Origin: Felis catus
Taxonomy: Eukaryota
Assembly (NCBI RefSeq): GCF_018350175.1
Contig: NC_058368.1
Span: 110,548,001 to 110,612,000, forward strand
DNA: 64,000 nt
Direction of reading: 5' to 3'
Shown here: piece after piece, positions 51,901-64,000 of the stretch
How the letters are laid out: each line of letters opens with the position of its first letter
Numbering within the stretch: the first letter of the stretch is position 1
Notes under the pieces: model-generated
Databases searched by the model: none
What the model was told of the DNA's origin: nothing
What the model saw: the letters and a program-made list of their open reading frames with translations, nothing else
Position numbers and translations under genes: made by a program

Positions 51901-54417
51901 TGACAAAAATTCAGTGGGCTAAGGCATCCTAGGAAGAGTGTGCTCACTTTACAGATAAAGAAACTGAGGCTCAGAGAAGGGAAGCAAATTCCCAAATATA
52001 ACACATTTAAGAAGGGGATGGAACCAGGTCACTCCTCTTAGCTGAATAAAAAAAAAAAAAATCAAGTAGATTTCTATCTGGGCCCACCTTCCTGAACGAT
52101 GAGGCTGGGGGAATTTTTCTGTCTGATTACCTGCTGCTTCACACATGCAAGATGGACACTGTTGTGCATTTCTGAGCTGGAAAAGGACAGGGCTGTACCT
52201 CCCAGGGCTTGTTAAGCAACCACACACATCTCCAATCCAAACGGGGGTGGAGGGGACAGATGGCCATCTGTGACTGACCCATTCTCACTGAGCAGCAACC
52301 AAGCTCCTCTGTGACAAATTACGATGCCTATTATCCCCTCGCCCCCGGGGCAGACCTGGCCTCTTGAAGCCCAGTTCTGAGTGTTACACTGGTCTGGGCT
52401 AGACCCCCTGCTGCATGGCCAGCACCTCCTCTCCATGCCCCATGGGATGGAGAAACTAATTTATTCAGATGTGTGACAGCTAACAGGCTTATCTAACTAC
52501 AGTAAAATAATTTTCTGAATTATTCATGTGATATTTGAAATCATGATTGTAGGAACAAATTAGCTACCCAAAAACTGGAAATGAAGTCTGCCTCATTAAT
52601 AATGCATTGGGCAGAGCAGACTGGAGGGCAGAAGCACAGAGGTCTGAGCATCCAGATGGGAGAACCCCGTTCCCTGGGGCCCTTGTGGGATGGGCAGTGC
52701 ACTGGCGAGGACTGCCAGAAGTCTGCACCAAGACATGCCTGTGTTTCCTTTCTGGGGAAGGGTATGCTCCAGCCTCCAGGGTCCCTGCTTCTCTTCAGGT
52801 GTCCCCAAGTCTTGCCTTCCACATTGGGCCAGGACCATTCTATCTGCCCCTCTGACCCTTCAGTCCCATCTGGGTCATGAACCAACAGAACGAGGAAGCC
52901 CAGACACTGGCTTCTGCTCCTCAGAGCTGGAGAGGGTCTGGTTGTGGGGCCATCACATTCACTGTTAGGCAATACGGTCCTCCTCTTGTCCAGGGAAGTG
53001 TGTGTGGGGCCAGAGACTACATATGACTCCAAAAGTCACTCCACCTCTCAGGTGAGATCTTGAAGTGGTTCTGCTAGAGAAGAACCACTCCACCACCTGT
53101 CTCATTCTGCAACTTTGATAACGGGAGACACAGAGAGAAAGTACCTCCCTGCCTGTGTTAGATCAGCTTCTCCGGATGAACAGCCGAGGACATGGGTACA
53201 GGCACGCTGTGCATTAAGGTTTCACAGCTCGGCCAGGAAGGGACGAGAAAATGAGCTAGTCAAGCAGCCTCTCTGGCCTGTTTCTCTTTTGCCAAATAGG
53301 ATTATAGTACCTATATATCATAGTACCCTATAAAACCATAGTGTCCTATGGCATATAGGATCCTGTTAGAGGGAAGTAAATGACAGCCCAATTGGGGAAG
53401 CTCTTTGCAAAGTATAAATTCAACATGATAAAACCAATGTTATGCAATTCATTTATTTACCTAATTATAATCTAACTGTTCCTGAAAGGGAACACTAGTA
53501 TCAGTAATGATCTCTTTAATGCCCCCTAATGCCAGGGTTTGGCCCTTCTAGATCTACAAACCCCTTCTGGTTCCCATCCTAGGTTTTCCAGGGGTCCTGC
53601 AAGGGCAGAATTCGGGAGGGCTTCTCCCTCCAGGGAGGCTGCCTGGCTAAGGGTGGTATGGAAGGCTGGGTGTTTCCACAAACAGGCTGGGTGCAGCCTT
53701 GGAAATGACAAGAGGGGTGGTGAGGCCAGTCCCAGCGCGGACAGGCTGTAGGATGCCTCAGAACGAGCACCACAGTGAGGCCCCTCCCCAACTAAGCACT
53801 GTGTGCTGCGGTTACGGCGTGGAATGAGAGGAGGCATCTATGCTGGACTGACAGCTGGCCTTGCAGACGGACACGTGGGTTCTTTGTGTGGCCTTGGGCG
53901 ACTTCACCTTATCGCAGTCCCCCACCCACAATGTACAGGACCACCTCCGGAGGGTTCTGCCACATGGCAACCCCTAGGAGCCAAGCACCTTCCTCCTGGA
54001 GCCATGTCAGGCCAGCCCTGGCACAGACAGCACGCTGGCCACGGCCTGGACAACAGAGCTATGTGACCACATGCTGATGTGCAGGCAGCTAGATCAACCA
54101 GGAGGCAGCAGGCAGAAAGAAATTCAAATTCTCAGGTCCAACTTCTAAGCATGCCACATAGGAGGGCATCCCTACTCCCAAAGTGAGCAATCTCCTCACG
54201 GTTTTGTGGTTTGGCCAGGAAAACAAAGATCTTCCTTTTTTTAATGAATATCAAGAGTATATTAGAAATTCACAGGAGGAACAGAGACAATCCTGGGCAT
54301 TTGCTCCCACTTTTGCCAACCTCAACCAAACAGGCGATTCCGAGCTACATGGTGGCCTCAGAGAAGCTACATAACCCTTGAGAATTCAAGAAGGTTACTA
54401 AAAAAATGAACTGTTCT

Positions 54418-54616
54418 TTTTTAATGTTTATTTTTTAGAGACAGAATGTGAGAGGGGGAGGGGCAGAAAGAGAGAGGAAGACACAGAATCCAAAGCAGGC
54501 TCCAGGCTCCGAGCTGTCAGCACAGAGCCCAATGCGGGGCTCGAAGCCACAAACCACGAGATCATGATCTGAGCTGAAGTCAGAAGCTCAAATGACTGAG
54601 TCACCCAGATGCCCCC
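54418..54616 (-). mobile_element. Can-SINE (feliform type)
   Basis: Reverse body; degenerate TSD aaaaaatgaactgttctt / aaaaaagaactattctt. Confidence 0.95.
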
Positions 54617-54992
54617 AAAAAAGAACTATTCTTGAATTCAGCCCAGCAAGAGTGTTGCACACCCACTACGTGTCTCAGGCTGCTGGACGCAGGGGTACTG
54701 AAGGAGCAGGGTCAGAAGACACGGCCCTGGGCACAGGTCCTTACACAGAGGGTGGGAGCCACACGCAGCTATGGTTAGGTGGCCCCATGCAGGACCTCAG
54801 CTGACCTACCATGCTCTGATCCATAGCCCATTTCCTGGTTCTTATCCCCAACCTGGCTCACTCCTCCTCATCTTCAAGCTTGGTATCTTCATCACTTCCT
54901 CCCAGGAGCCATCCCTGTCTTCAGTGACTAGGGCAAACCTCCCCACACCATGCCATGTGTGTGCCTCCCTTTCCTCCCATGGACCCCTGTCA

Positions 54993-54996
<4 letters not shown>

Positions 54997-55023
<27 letters not shown>
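54997..55023. repeat. (TG)n microsatellite
   Basis: About 13 perfect TG units. Confidence 0.95.
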
Positions 55024-55212
55024 ACCTATCCATCTCTCTGTCTATATAGGTTGATAAAGATATTTAACACTTGTTGAAAGAATGTGTAAAGAGCAGATGG
55101 TTCTGTGTGTCCTCGGGCTCTGGACCCAGGGGAGGCTCTGAGGCAGGAGGTCTCTCACAGTAGACCATAGATACTAGAGTAATGGGAACAAGGACAACAG
55201 AGCCCCAACCTA

Positions 55213-55589
55213 CAGGGACCTCGGCACCAGGCACAGTGAAGGGAAGAGATCAAATGCCTGGAAGTCCTCATTCCTCACTCCAGGGGACCACCACCCTGGT
55301 GGCAGAGACAGGAAGGACACCCAAGAACCCTCCTGGTCAGATGCCCAAAGGACCTGTGCTCTTTGGGTCCACCTTGCTGTGTGGACCCAAAACTGGGCCT
55401 GCTGTGGCATTAAGCCAAAAAACACCACACCGGTTAGGGGCTTCTAGCATTAGGAAGAGCCATGAGCCAGAGACCATGGGGTTATCAGGAATTTCAAAAC
55501 ACAATGAGGGCCTAGATGTTGCCCCCATCAATTTAGTGTCAGTCCACGTGGTATAAGTAGGTCACTCACTCCCTGGTGCCGAGGTGCTG
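55213..55589. mobile_element. Putative non-autonomous Tc1/mariner-Tigger-type DNA element, family unassigned
   Basis: TA on both flanks, CAG...CTG ends, perfect 14-bp inverted repeat acctcggcaccagg (55218-55231) / cctggtgccgaggt (55572-55585). Confidence 0.65.
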
Positions 55590-56229
55590 TATATTTTTGT
55601 AACTAGGTTTGAACACCATCAGGTGATGAGCTTATAACATTGTTGTCCCCTAGGGCATGGCCTCAATTTATGAGCCTTATTTTTAACTGGAGGAGAACGG
55701 TGCTGGATCAAATGCCACTGATATGTTAAGATTCCCCGGGAGGATCAGTATACAGCACACGATAAACAGATAAAGGCTCAAGGTGGATGGCCTGGCCATG
55801 GAAGACAGGGCAGTGCCTAATGAGCCATATTAATTGGCTACCTGGGCATCCTAGGGGCAGGGTGTCCACAGCCTTTCAGTGGGGCATGCCCAGCTGTGAC
55901 CTACCTTCACTTCCTCTTCCTGCTTCCCCCTCCCTTCTGTTTGTCTGGGCACCTTTACTTGCTCCCCTGACAACTCTGACAGGCAGGCTGGGTTCATCAG
56001 GTACTGGAGCCATGAGGGGTACAAGGCCTTATCTGCGTCCACCTGCATATATTCAGGGCAGGAGCCCAGCCGAACCCCAGCCTTTACCACTCAGGACCCC
56101 TGATCCTGCCAAGGCACCAGGCCCACAGCCAGGGGCTCACCCAGCCTGAGAGACACCCCAGGAAGCATCAGGAAGACACACGAGCTGAGACTGCAGCTGG
56201 CCCCCACGTAACCAAGCCAGGCCTTATGG

Positions 56230-56575
56230 TAGAGAACCGTATGCTCACCAAAACTTGTGTTCCACCCCAACTGAGCCTTCTGCTGAATGGCATTTCTCAA
56301 CTGCCCCTGTGGTTAGATGTGGCCATGCATTTGAGTCCTGACCAAAAGAGAGTGGGCACAGGTGACATGTCCCCTTACAAGCCTGGGAGAATCACCCTGT
56401 TGCTTTCCCTTCTGCCTACAGTGGTGATGGCCACTTCGTGACTGTGGATCAGTAAAGTCAACTGAGTCACGACATGGAGGGAGCCTGGGTCCCTGAATCA
56501 CTGAGTCACCTACCTGACCAGGGTTACCCCTAATGGACTGGGCATGAGTAAGAAATCAACTTTAAGGCATTACTC
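56230..56575 (+). mobile_element. Old MaLR LTR (MLT1I/J-like)
   Basis: 'gttagatgtggccatg...gagtcctgaccaa...catggagggagcctgggtccctgaatcact...gagtaagaaatcaacttt'. Confidence 0.7.
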
Positions 56576-58649
56576 ATTTAACACACTGACATGTCAAGGA
56601 TGTTCTGTCTCGGTAGGAAGTGTTTGCCCTGAGCAATCCCAGGTACCCCCAAGGGCTATGACCAATACTTTCTGGCCCCCTCTTCCAGCTCCGCAGGCTC
56701 CAGAGGCAGGTGCAGAGTGACAGTTACAAGATCAGGGATCTAATGAGGAGCAAACAGCAGCCCCTCAAAAAAGGAAATGGAGACCTGGTAGACTCAGTCC
56801 TGGCCAGAATTTTCCATGGGCAGACACACCTGGGCTCCAGGTGGAGCCTGCCAGGCCTCACACACATCTCACCACAGTGGAAGGCAGGAGGGTGTGGTGG
56901 GAGAAACACTGCCCTCAGGACCCCGACTCCCACCGTGGGCTCTGCATGCTCCCTGGTCGCAGATCCCTCACCTACAAAAAGAGAAGCACTAACACCTGCT
57001 AAAGATGCTGCCAGGTGAGCTCACTAATAGGCCAAAGGTGAGACTGCTTTGAAAAGTAAGTGAGGTACTTTGGCTTTTTCTACAAGGCCAACTTCCGCCT
57101 GGAGAACTGGACCGCACTGTGCCCCCCACCCTTGGCCGGAGTAGACTCACTGCAAGTGATGGCCATTGTGAAAATAAAATGAGTCCAAGCAGTCCTCACA
57201 GAAACCACAGCAGCCTGGGACGCTTCTGGGCTGGAAGAGAGAAGCAGGAGCTCCAGACGGCAGTGCTGGCTGTGGATCCCAGGTCCAGCCACAAAGGGAG
57301 AACAAGGGCTTGGGGGTGGGGCGGGAATGAAATCAGGTGCCGTGTGTAAAGTGCTTTGCACACCATAAGCCTTACTAAAAGTTGGAGGATATTCTTTGAG
57401 GGAAGAGGGGGAGTTCTGGGGGCTCTGGCTGAGCTGTGGAAGCCCCTGAGCCTCTGCATTCTTCCACCTGCCAAGCCCCAGGGCCGAGCACCCAGACTAA
57501 ACCTGGCAGAGAGGATGGCCACCCAGCCTCTGAGTTCCCAGCTTTGAGCAGTCGTGCCCGCGCAGGGAAGCCTCCTCACCTTAGGCCACCAGCTCTGGGC
57601 TCCGCGAGGCTCCAAGCCTCCAAGGACAGTCCAGCCATGTGTAGCCAGGCAGATGGATTAGGAAGCCTGCTCTCAGGGTAGGCCAGGGGACCGCAAGGTG
57701 ACACACTGTCGTGAGAGCTCCAAACAGCCTCACAGGCCGGAGCAGCCAGGAATACCAGGCATAAGCCAGCTGGAAGGTTGCAAAGCCCAGGCCTGAGCTT
57801 GGGGCAGGCACAGCACATACAGGCAGGACCCAGAGCACTTCCGCCTGCCCCTGCCGGCTGGCCATGGCCTCCAGCAATACACTAACTGGAGGGAGGTCAG
57901 GCCCACAAGAGATGCATAAGATTATCTTCAGAATGCCGTGTGGAGATGCCCTGCAGGGACCACCTGATCCCTGGCCGCCCTCTCAGTAAGCCCCAGCATG
58001 GGCTCCTCTGGGGCTCAGGAGCCCAGCCCAGAACCTCACTGCAGCTTCTCCTTTGTCCCAGGGCTCTCCTTAGGTCTGTGGACCTAAGAAGGCACCCTCC
58101 TCCCTGCCTTGAGCCTTCTGCTCCTCATACTCTCTTCCCCCACCTTAGTTCATTCAGGAAATATTTGATGGAGCCCCCGTTCAAGGGCCAGTAGATAACA
58201 GCCCCCTCATCTGAGTGAACCCTGAACCAATTGATACAGGAGATACTAAAGCGAGGGAGAGACCAAAAGGTCACCTTTATTTCTAAACAGGCTGAATTGG
58301 GGACCATGACTTGTATCTGATGGCAAGTGGCTCTCTGAAACTCCACCTCAAAATGGGTAGGCTATCCCAGCCTGTCAGGCGGGGACACAACCACAGGACT
58401 GAGAGAAGACAGGAGCACATGCTGTCTGGGGGCACAATGCCTCCCAGGACCAAGAGAATGGAGAGGAGCAGGGCATGCACACCCCCTTCCTCTCCTGAAT
58501 CTGTCAGCCAGGAGCAGGGGCTGGGACAAGGGGTCAGAGGCTAGGGAGGGGGGAGGAGGGGCGGGCAACCACTGGTATGAAGAAGTGGTGTTTTCCCCCC
58601 AACAGCATGGCGACAGAAAACATTAGCTAGGGGAACAAGGTGCAGGAGA

Positions 58650-58865
58650 GGAGTGGTTAGGAGCACAGGTTTTTGGAGTCAGACCTGGCTCTGACTTTTC
58701 TCCCCACAACTTACTAGCTGTGTGACACTCAGTAAAGTTCTTGGCCTCTCTGAGCCTCCATTTGCTTCTCCATAAAATGGGAATAGTGACATACCTACCT
58801 CGGGGGGAGATGCGCACAACAAATGAGACCATCCAGATCAAGCACTCAGCCCAATGCCCGGCACC
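58650..58865 (+). mobile_element. MIR SINE
   Basis: 'gtggttaggagcacaggttttggagtcagacctgg...acttactagctgtgtgac...ctctctgagcctc'. Confidence 0.85.
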
Positions 58866-60537
58866 TGATGGTGGTGGCCATCACAGTGCCTGCAAAACCT
58901 ATCCTAGCCTTTCCCTCAAAGCCTCACGATCCCCACCAGGCAGGTGTTCCACAGAACAGCAAGCCACAGGAGTGGGGCTGGGCTGCAGGGCCAGCAGAGA
59001 GGGCTCTGACAGTGGGTATGCTCTGGGGAAGCAGGGTAGGAGGAAGCATTTGGGAGGAAGTTGCATTCCAACTGGGCCTTGAAGGATGGACAGGAGCCGG
59101 AGGAGCGGGGTTGGGGCAGTGGTGCCGGAGGTGACAGGGAGAGGGGGAATGGGAGGGAATTCCAGGCTGGTGAACAGCATGTGTGAGGTGAGGGGGGTTG
59201 GGGGACGGGCAGCTGGAATGGTGTAAAAGGACCAGGAAGCACTTGGCAAATGGCAGGTATGTGTTGGGTGGGATGGAATAACCAATGGAAAAAAAGACCA
59301 AACGGCAGTTTGGGCTCAGCTTGAGAGGGTGCAGTCTAGGGTTCTGAAAACCAGGGGGACTAAGATGGGTTTGAGGCAACAAGCAGAGACATTCCATGGC
59401 ATTCCAGAGGCATGCCAAGTACTCACTGAGTTAAGTACAGGGACACAGTGAACACACAGATAAAACCCCTGCTTCGTGGCGCCTACACTCTAGTGGGACA
59501 GATGACAATAAGCAAGATATGTTAGTTATACATGAAAAAAAAGGCAAAGCAGGGAAATGGAACAGGGAGTGTGTGGGAGGGGTACAATTTAAACTAGGGC
59601 ATGCATGGAAGGGTTTGCTAAAAGCCTGGCATCTGAATAAGGACATAACCAAATTTGTGTGCTCGGAATGGGATGGGGGTGACACATGGAGACTGGAGGG
59701 GAAGGGAGAGAGACTGCAGCCTGGAGTCACGGTCAGGCTCACTCTGGCAGGGTGGAGTAGACCTATGCCCTCTTCTCTCTTGGTCACACACACACCCTGA
59801 GCTGAGCTGGAAGGGTTAATTCCAGCAGGGCCTAGAATTGGCCTGAGCCACGTTACTGAAATAAGAGGTGTACCTACACAGTGCTGACCCCATGATCAGT
59901 GCAGAAAACACTGATTAATGGCGTTGCTTTGCAACCATGGGTCAGAAGAGTTTCAGGGCACTATGTACCAGCTTGACGGCATCATTTATTGATAACAACA
60001 AGATTAATGATTTGCAGTTGGTCTCAATGAGCTCCCCTCCCCCCCCCCACCTCCATCAAAGCCTCTACCATTAGGCCCGTACCACAGCAAGAAATATGCC
60101 TGCGTGACCAGCAGGGCCTAAGAAGCCATGGCCAAGGCTCCATTCCAGACTTCCCAGTTCTGAAGTGTTCTGTGCACACGTTGAAGATTCTTGGCCCAAG
60201 AGATAAAGTGCATCCAGAATGACCTTTCACAAAGAGGATAATTGGAGCTCAGGCCTGGACTCTCCAGATGGTAGTGCCTGGTGCCATGAGGCAGCCTTTG
60301 GCAGTGATACATTTCCTTTTGATAATGCCATTGCTGTGTTGCACCCTTGCCCCTCAATAAACCATAGATCCCTGTGGGTCCTTTGAGTCTTTAGCAATGG
60401 AACTCGTTCTGACTGCCACATGAGTGCTCCCCCTGGTGCTCCTGCTGTTTCAAGGTGGTGCGCAGGGTTTCTTGGCCGTTCTAAATTAGATCTTAGAAGC
60501 AGGTCACCACTGCCACCGCTTTCAAATGTCTCACTCT

Positions 60538-60730
60538 GGGGCACCTGGGTGGTTCAGTCGATTAAGCATCTGCCTTTGGCTCAGGTCATGATCTCATGGT
60601 TTGTGGGTTCAAGCCCCACATTGGGCTCTCTGCTGTCAGCACAGAACCCATTTTGAATCCTCTGTCTCCCTCTCTCTCTGCCTCTCTCTCTCTCTCTCTC
60701 AAAAAAACAAATAAACGTTAAAAAAAATTT
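60538..60730 (+). mobile_element. Can-SINE (first of tandem pair)
   Basis: Head ggggcacctgggtggttcagtcg; TSD atgtctcactctg at 60526 and 60961 encloses both SINEs. Confidence 0.95.
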
Positions 60731-60732
60731 AA

Positions 60733-60955
60733 GGGGCCCCCGGGTGGCTCATCAGTTGAGTGTCCGACTTTGGCTTGGGTCATGATCTCACAGTTCGTGG
60801 GTTCAAGACCCTTGTCGGGCTCTGTGCTGACAGCTAGCTCAGAGCCTGGAATCTGTCTTCAGATTCTGTGTCTCCCTCTCTCTCTGTCCCTCCCCTGCTC
60901 ACGCTGTCTATCTCTCAAAAATAAACAAAACATTTAAAAAAATTAAAAATTAAAA
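60733..60955 (+). mobile_element. Can-SINE (feliform type, second of tandem pair)
   Basis: Head ggggccccccgggtggctca; body gacagctagctcagagcctgg. Confidence 0.95.
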
Positions 60956-61112
60956 TTTTGATGTCTCACTCTGTACTCCAAAACCAGTCCCTGCTGGTGG
61001 GAAGGGGCTCAAAATTTGGAAATGTTTCCACTTCATTTAAAAAAAAAAAAAGTTTTTCTGAATTAAACTTGCAGTCATGAAAACTTGAATGTAAAAGCAG
61101 ATTTTCTAACTG

Positions 61113-61309
61113 GGGGCACCTGTATGGCTCAGTCTGTTGGGCATCTGACTCTTGATGTCTGCTTGGGTCACGGTTTCATGGTCATGGGACTGAGAGCTGA
61201 GTCGGGCTCCATGCTGGGTGTGGAACCCGTTTGGGATTCTCTCTCTCCCTCTCTCTCTGCCCCTTCACCACTTGTGCTATCTTTCTCTAAAATAAAATAA
61301 ATAAACTTT
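61113..61309 (+). mobile_element. Can-SINE
   Basis: 20-bp TSD aaaa(g/t)cagattttctaactg at 61093 and 61310. Confidence 0.95.
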
Positions 61310-63596
61310 AAAATCAGATTTTCTAACTGAATTGAAGGCTATGCAATTAAGCAAATGAATGACTAATGAAATGATTATAAAGCACTTTGCAGAAATGTTA
61401 TGTAAATGCAAGCAGAGAATAACAAAATGTGATGACAGTCGCATAGCTCTGGCTTCTGATTTGGGAGAGCACAGTTCTGAGACTTCCTGCAGGGACACCG
61501 GGGCAACAGTATTCAAAAACACTTCATTGTCTTGACAGCTCTGAAGCCAGGCCCCCTTTGGGAGAAGTTAGGTATCCCAAGTGCCGGGGCAGGGGGGGGG
61601 GGGGGTGGGTCTGGGATTTGTCTGTAAGCTTAGGTGCCCATTGCGTCCCATTTGGCAGGCAATTGGGGCGGCCTCAGGCAGGGCAGCTAGATGGAATTCT
61701 GCAGTATGTCAGAAAATGGTCCCTCACAGACCCCCTTACCCAGCAAAGCAACCTGTGACCACATGGATTTATAACTTCTTTGGAGGCTCAAGAACATCTG
61801 CACTTACACCCCAGCGGAGGGGGAGCAAGGACTCTGTTGTCCATGTCCTAGTTGGTCCATATTCATTCAGATATGGCTAAGGCCCATGGGGTCACAGAGC
61901 ATACAGCCTTCTGGAACTGGAACTTCCTGTGAGCAGCTGTCCAGAACAGCATAGCTGCTCACAGCTGTTCCCAGTTCCTCTAAGCAGACATGGAGAGCCC
62001 AGGAGGGACTGTCTGACCTAGAGCCAGCCGAGCACCTTGAAGGGGCCACTTCTGGGGAAAGGTGGGGGAATCGGCAGGCCTCGTGAGAAAGGCCGAGCAT
62101 CAATGTCCCTGCCCACCCTGCTTGTTTCCAAGTGCAAGGTCGCATAACTTCATTTCACGTTCCCCCTGCCGCTAGGATGCCTGACATCTCCATTCTCTGA
62201 AGTGGGCTGGGACTCCACCTCCACCACAAAAGACGGTCCTCTCCTCTTCAGTGGCAGTGTCCACACACTGTGCAGCCATAGAGTCAGTGCAGAAGCAACT
62301 TGTGGGCTCCCCCATCTTATCTCCTTCTGCTCCAGAATTTTCTGTGCTTGAGGGTATCTGGGAGCAAGCAGCCATTTCATAGACTAACGATCAAGCCAAG
62401 CATCAACTGTTCTTTCTAGACTGTAGTCACAATTTGTCTATAAATAAAATGTGAATTTTAATTAAGTTTGCTCTCCAAGGGGAGAAAAGCACCCAGAGTC
62501 AAACAGCATGGATGGAACCCAATGCTTCTTCACAAAGTCTCTTGGATAACATGGAGCTCCCTTCCTTAGGAAGTGTCCACTCCGAGGGGGCCCTGGCCTT
62601 GCTCTTGGAGCCTTCGTAGATCTGAGTGGGCATGAAAATGGAGAAGGTCTTTGGCGAGGCTGAGGAAGAGATAAGGAGGGTAACAGATGCTGCAGAGGCC
62701 ATGCTTGGCTGCAGGCTGCAGAGATCTTCATCCCGATTGGAACAGTAATTGCTTCATTGGGTCATCGCTTTGAAAAATAATGTGGCAGGGGGAGTAAAGG
62801 CAACTGGCTGTGAATTCCAAGCAGGGGCACTCAGAACTGCTCTTCAGAGAGAGGAGTGAGGGCCTTCTAGAGCCAGAGGCCATTTGCCTCAGCAGGAGCA
62901 CACTCCAAGAAGGAGTCTCCTCTCCTGATCTGGAATCGGAAGCTACATGTAGCCCTGGGCCAGGCACCTGCTGCTGCTGGCCTGCCAAGCTTCCCTGTAG
63001 GGAAGGAGGCTAAATCCGTCCTAAGTCTGGGAACACTGGATCAAGGCTGGCTGGTACCCAGTCCCTCTCTGGCTGGGCTTTGGCTTCAACCCTCGAAGAA
63101 GAGTCCTGGACTCTTTTGGGGGGACCTCTGCCCCACACTCAGCCTCAGACCTGCTTGGTGACCTTTACTGGGAAGCTCAGCTTCTTATGCTTTGCTGGAG
63201 GTAACCCTGGTCACGCTGACTCGCCCTTGCTAGGATTCCCGGGTGTGGCTAATTAACGATGTAAAGCACTTAGAGACATAACTGCTCTGTGACTGAAACC
63301 CATAAATTACCAGGGATGCAGCCCTGGGTGTTATGAGGCTTCACTTGTGCTTGTTCTCAGTAATAAACAATTATCTTCTCAGACCCACAGCCAAATTCCA
63401 CATCCAAACATCTTCCCCCACAAGGCTGGAGGAGTCATTGACCCTGGCTTCTGGGCTTTTCATAAGGTCATGGGCAACAACCAAATGCAGTGCTTGATCT
63501 TTGATTGGACACTAGTCTGAAGAATGTTTGGGGAATATGAATATAGACAAGGTATTAGATCAGGGGACTGTTAATTTTGTTAGGCAAAATAATGGC

Positions 63597-64000
63597 CAAG
63601 ATGGTTAATCTTATGTGTCCAGTTGACTGGGCCATGGGGTGCTCAGACATTTGCTCAAATCTTATTCTGAGTGTGTCTTTGAGAGTTTTTTGGATGAGAC
63701 TAACACCTGAATAGAGTAAAGCAGATTACCCTCTCTCACATGGGTGGGCCTTGTCTGATCAGTTGAAGGAATGAATAGACTAAAAAGGCTGACACACACA
63801 CCCCCACCCCCACCCCCACCCCCACCCCCGCTAATAAGGGGTAATGCTTCCTGTCTGACTGGAACATTGGACTGAAACATTGGCTCCTTCTTGGTCTTGA
63901 GCCTTCTGGCTTTCAGACCGAAACTATACCATCAGCTCTCCTGAGTCTCCAGCTTGCCAACTGCAACTCTTGAGATTCTCAATCTCCATAACTGCATGAT
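63597..64000 (+). mobile_element. ERVL LTR (MLT2B-like), runs off the window end
   Basis: 'gatggttaatcttatgtgtccagttgactgggcca...agtaaagcagattaccctc...gaatagactaaaaaggctga'; contains a (CCCCCA)n expansion at about 63799-63829. Confidence 0.85.

Noticed and set aside
53303..53350. Three quasi-palindromic ATAGTACCTAT-like units
   Set aside because: Looks like local slippage within a MIR remnant; not a CRISPR-like or functional array.
1..64000. Prokaryote-type systems (CRISPR, operons, defence islands) or a novel multi-gene system
   Set aside because: The sequence is carnivore nuclear DNA, with no spaced direct-repeat arrays or coding-dense segments.

Overview
Mammalian genomic DNA, almost certainly a cat-family (feliform) carnivore: about 23 tRNA-derived Can-SINEs are present, many with the feliform-type body. 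I see no protein-coding exon or RNA gene, and the ORF track is essentially noise. The window reads as intergenic DNA or a large intron. It holds Can-SINEs (many with clear target-site duplications, several nested or tandem), MaLR/ERVL solo LTRs, a near-full-length HAL1-like element plus a second 5' fragment, old L1/L2/MIR relics, hAT MITEs, microsatellites, and about a dozen AT-rich repeat-free islands that look like conserved enhancers. The one gene-derived feature is a decayed processed pseudogene of ADI1 (acireductone dioxygenase) at about 39.9-41.2 kb, possibly with a long unexplained 5' leader. Also notable is a TA-flanked 377-bp element with terminal inverted repeats (55213-55589) that I cannot assign to a family. 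I found no evidence of a new biological system. Repeat family names come from recalled consensus similarity, not a database search, and boundaries of old repeats are approximate.
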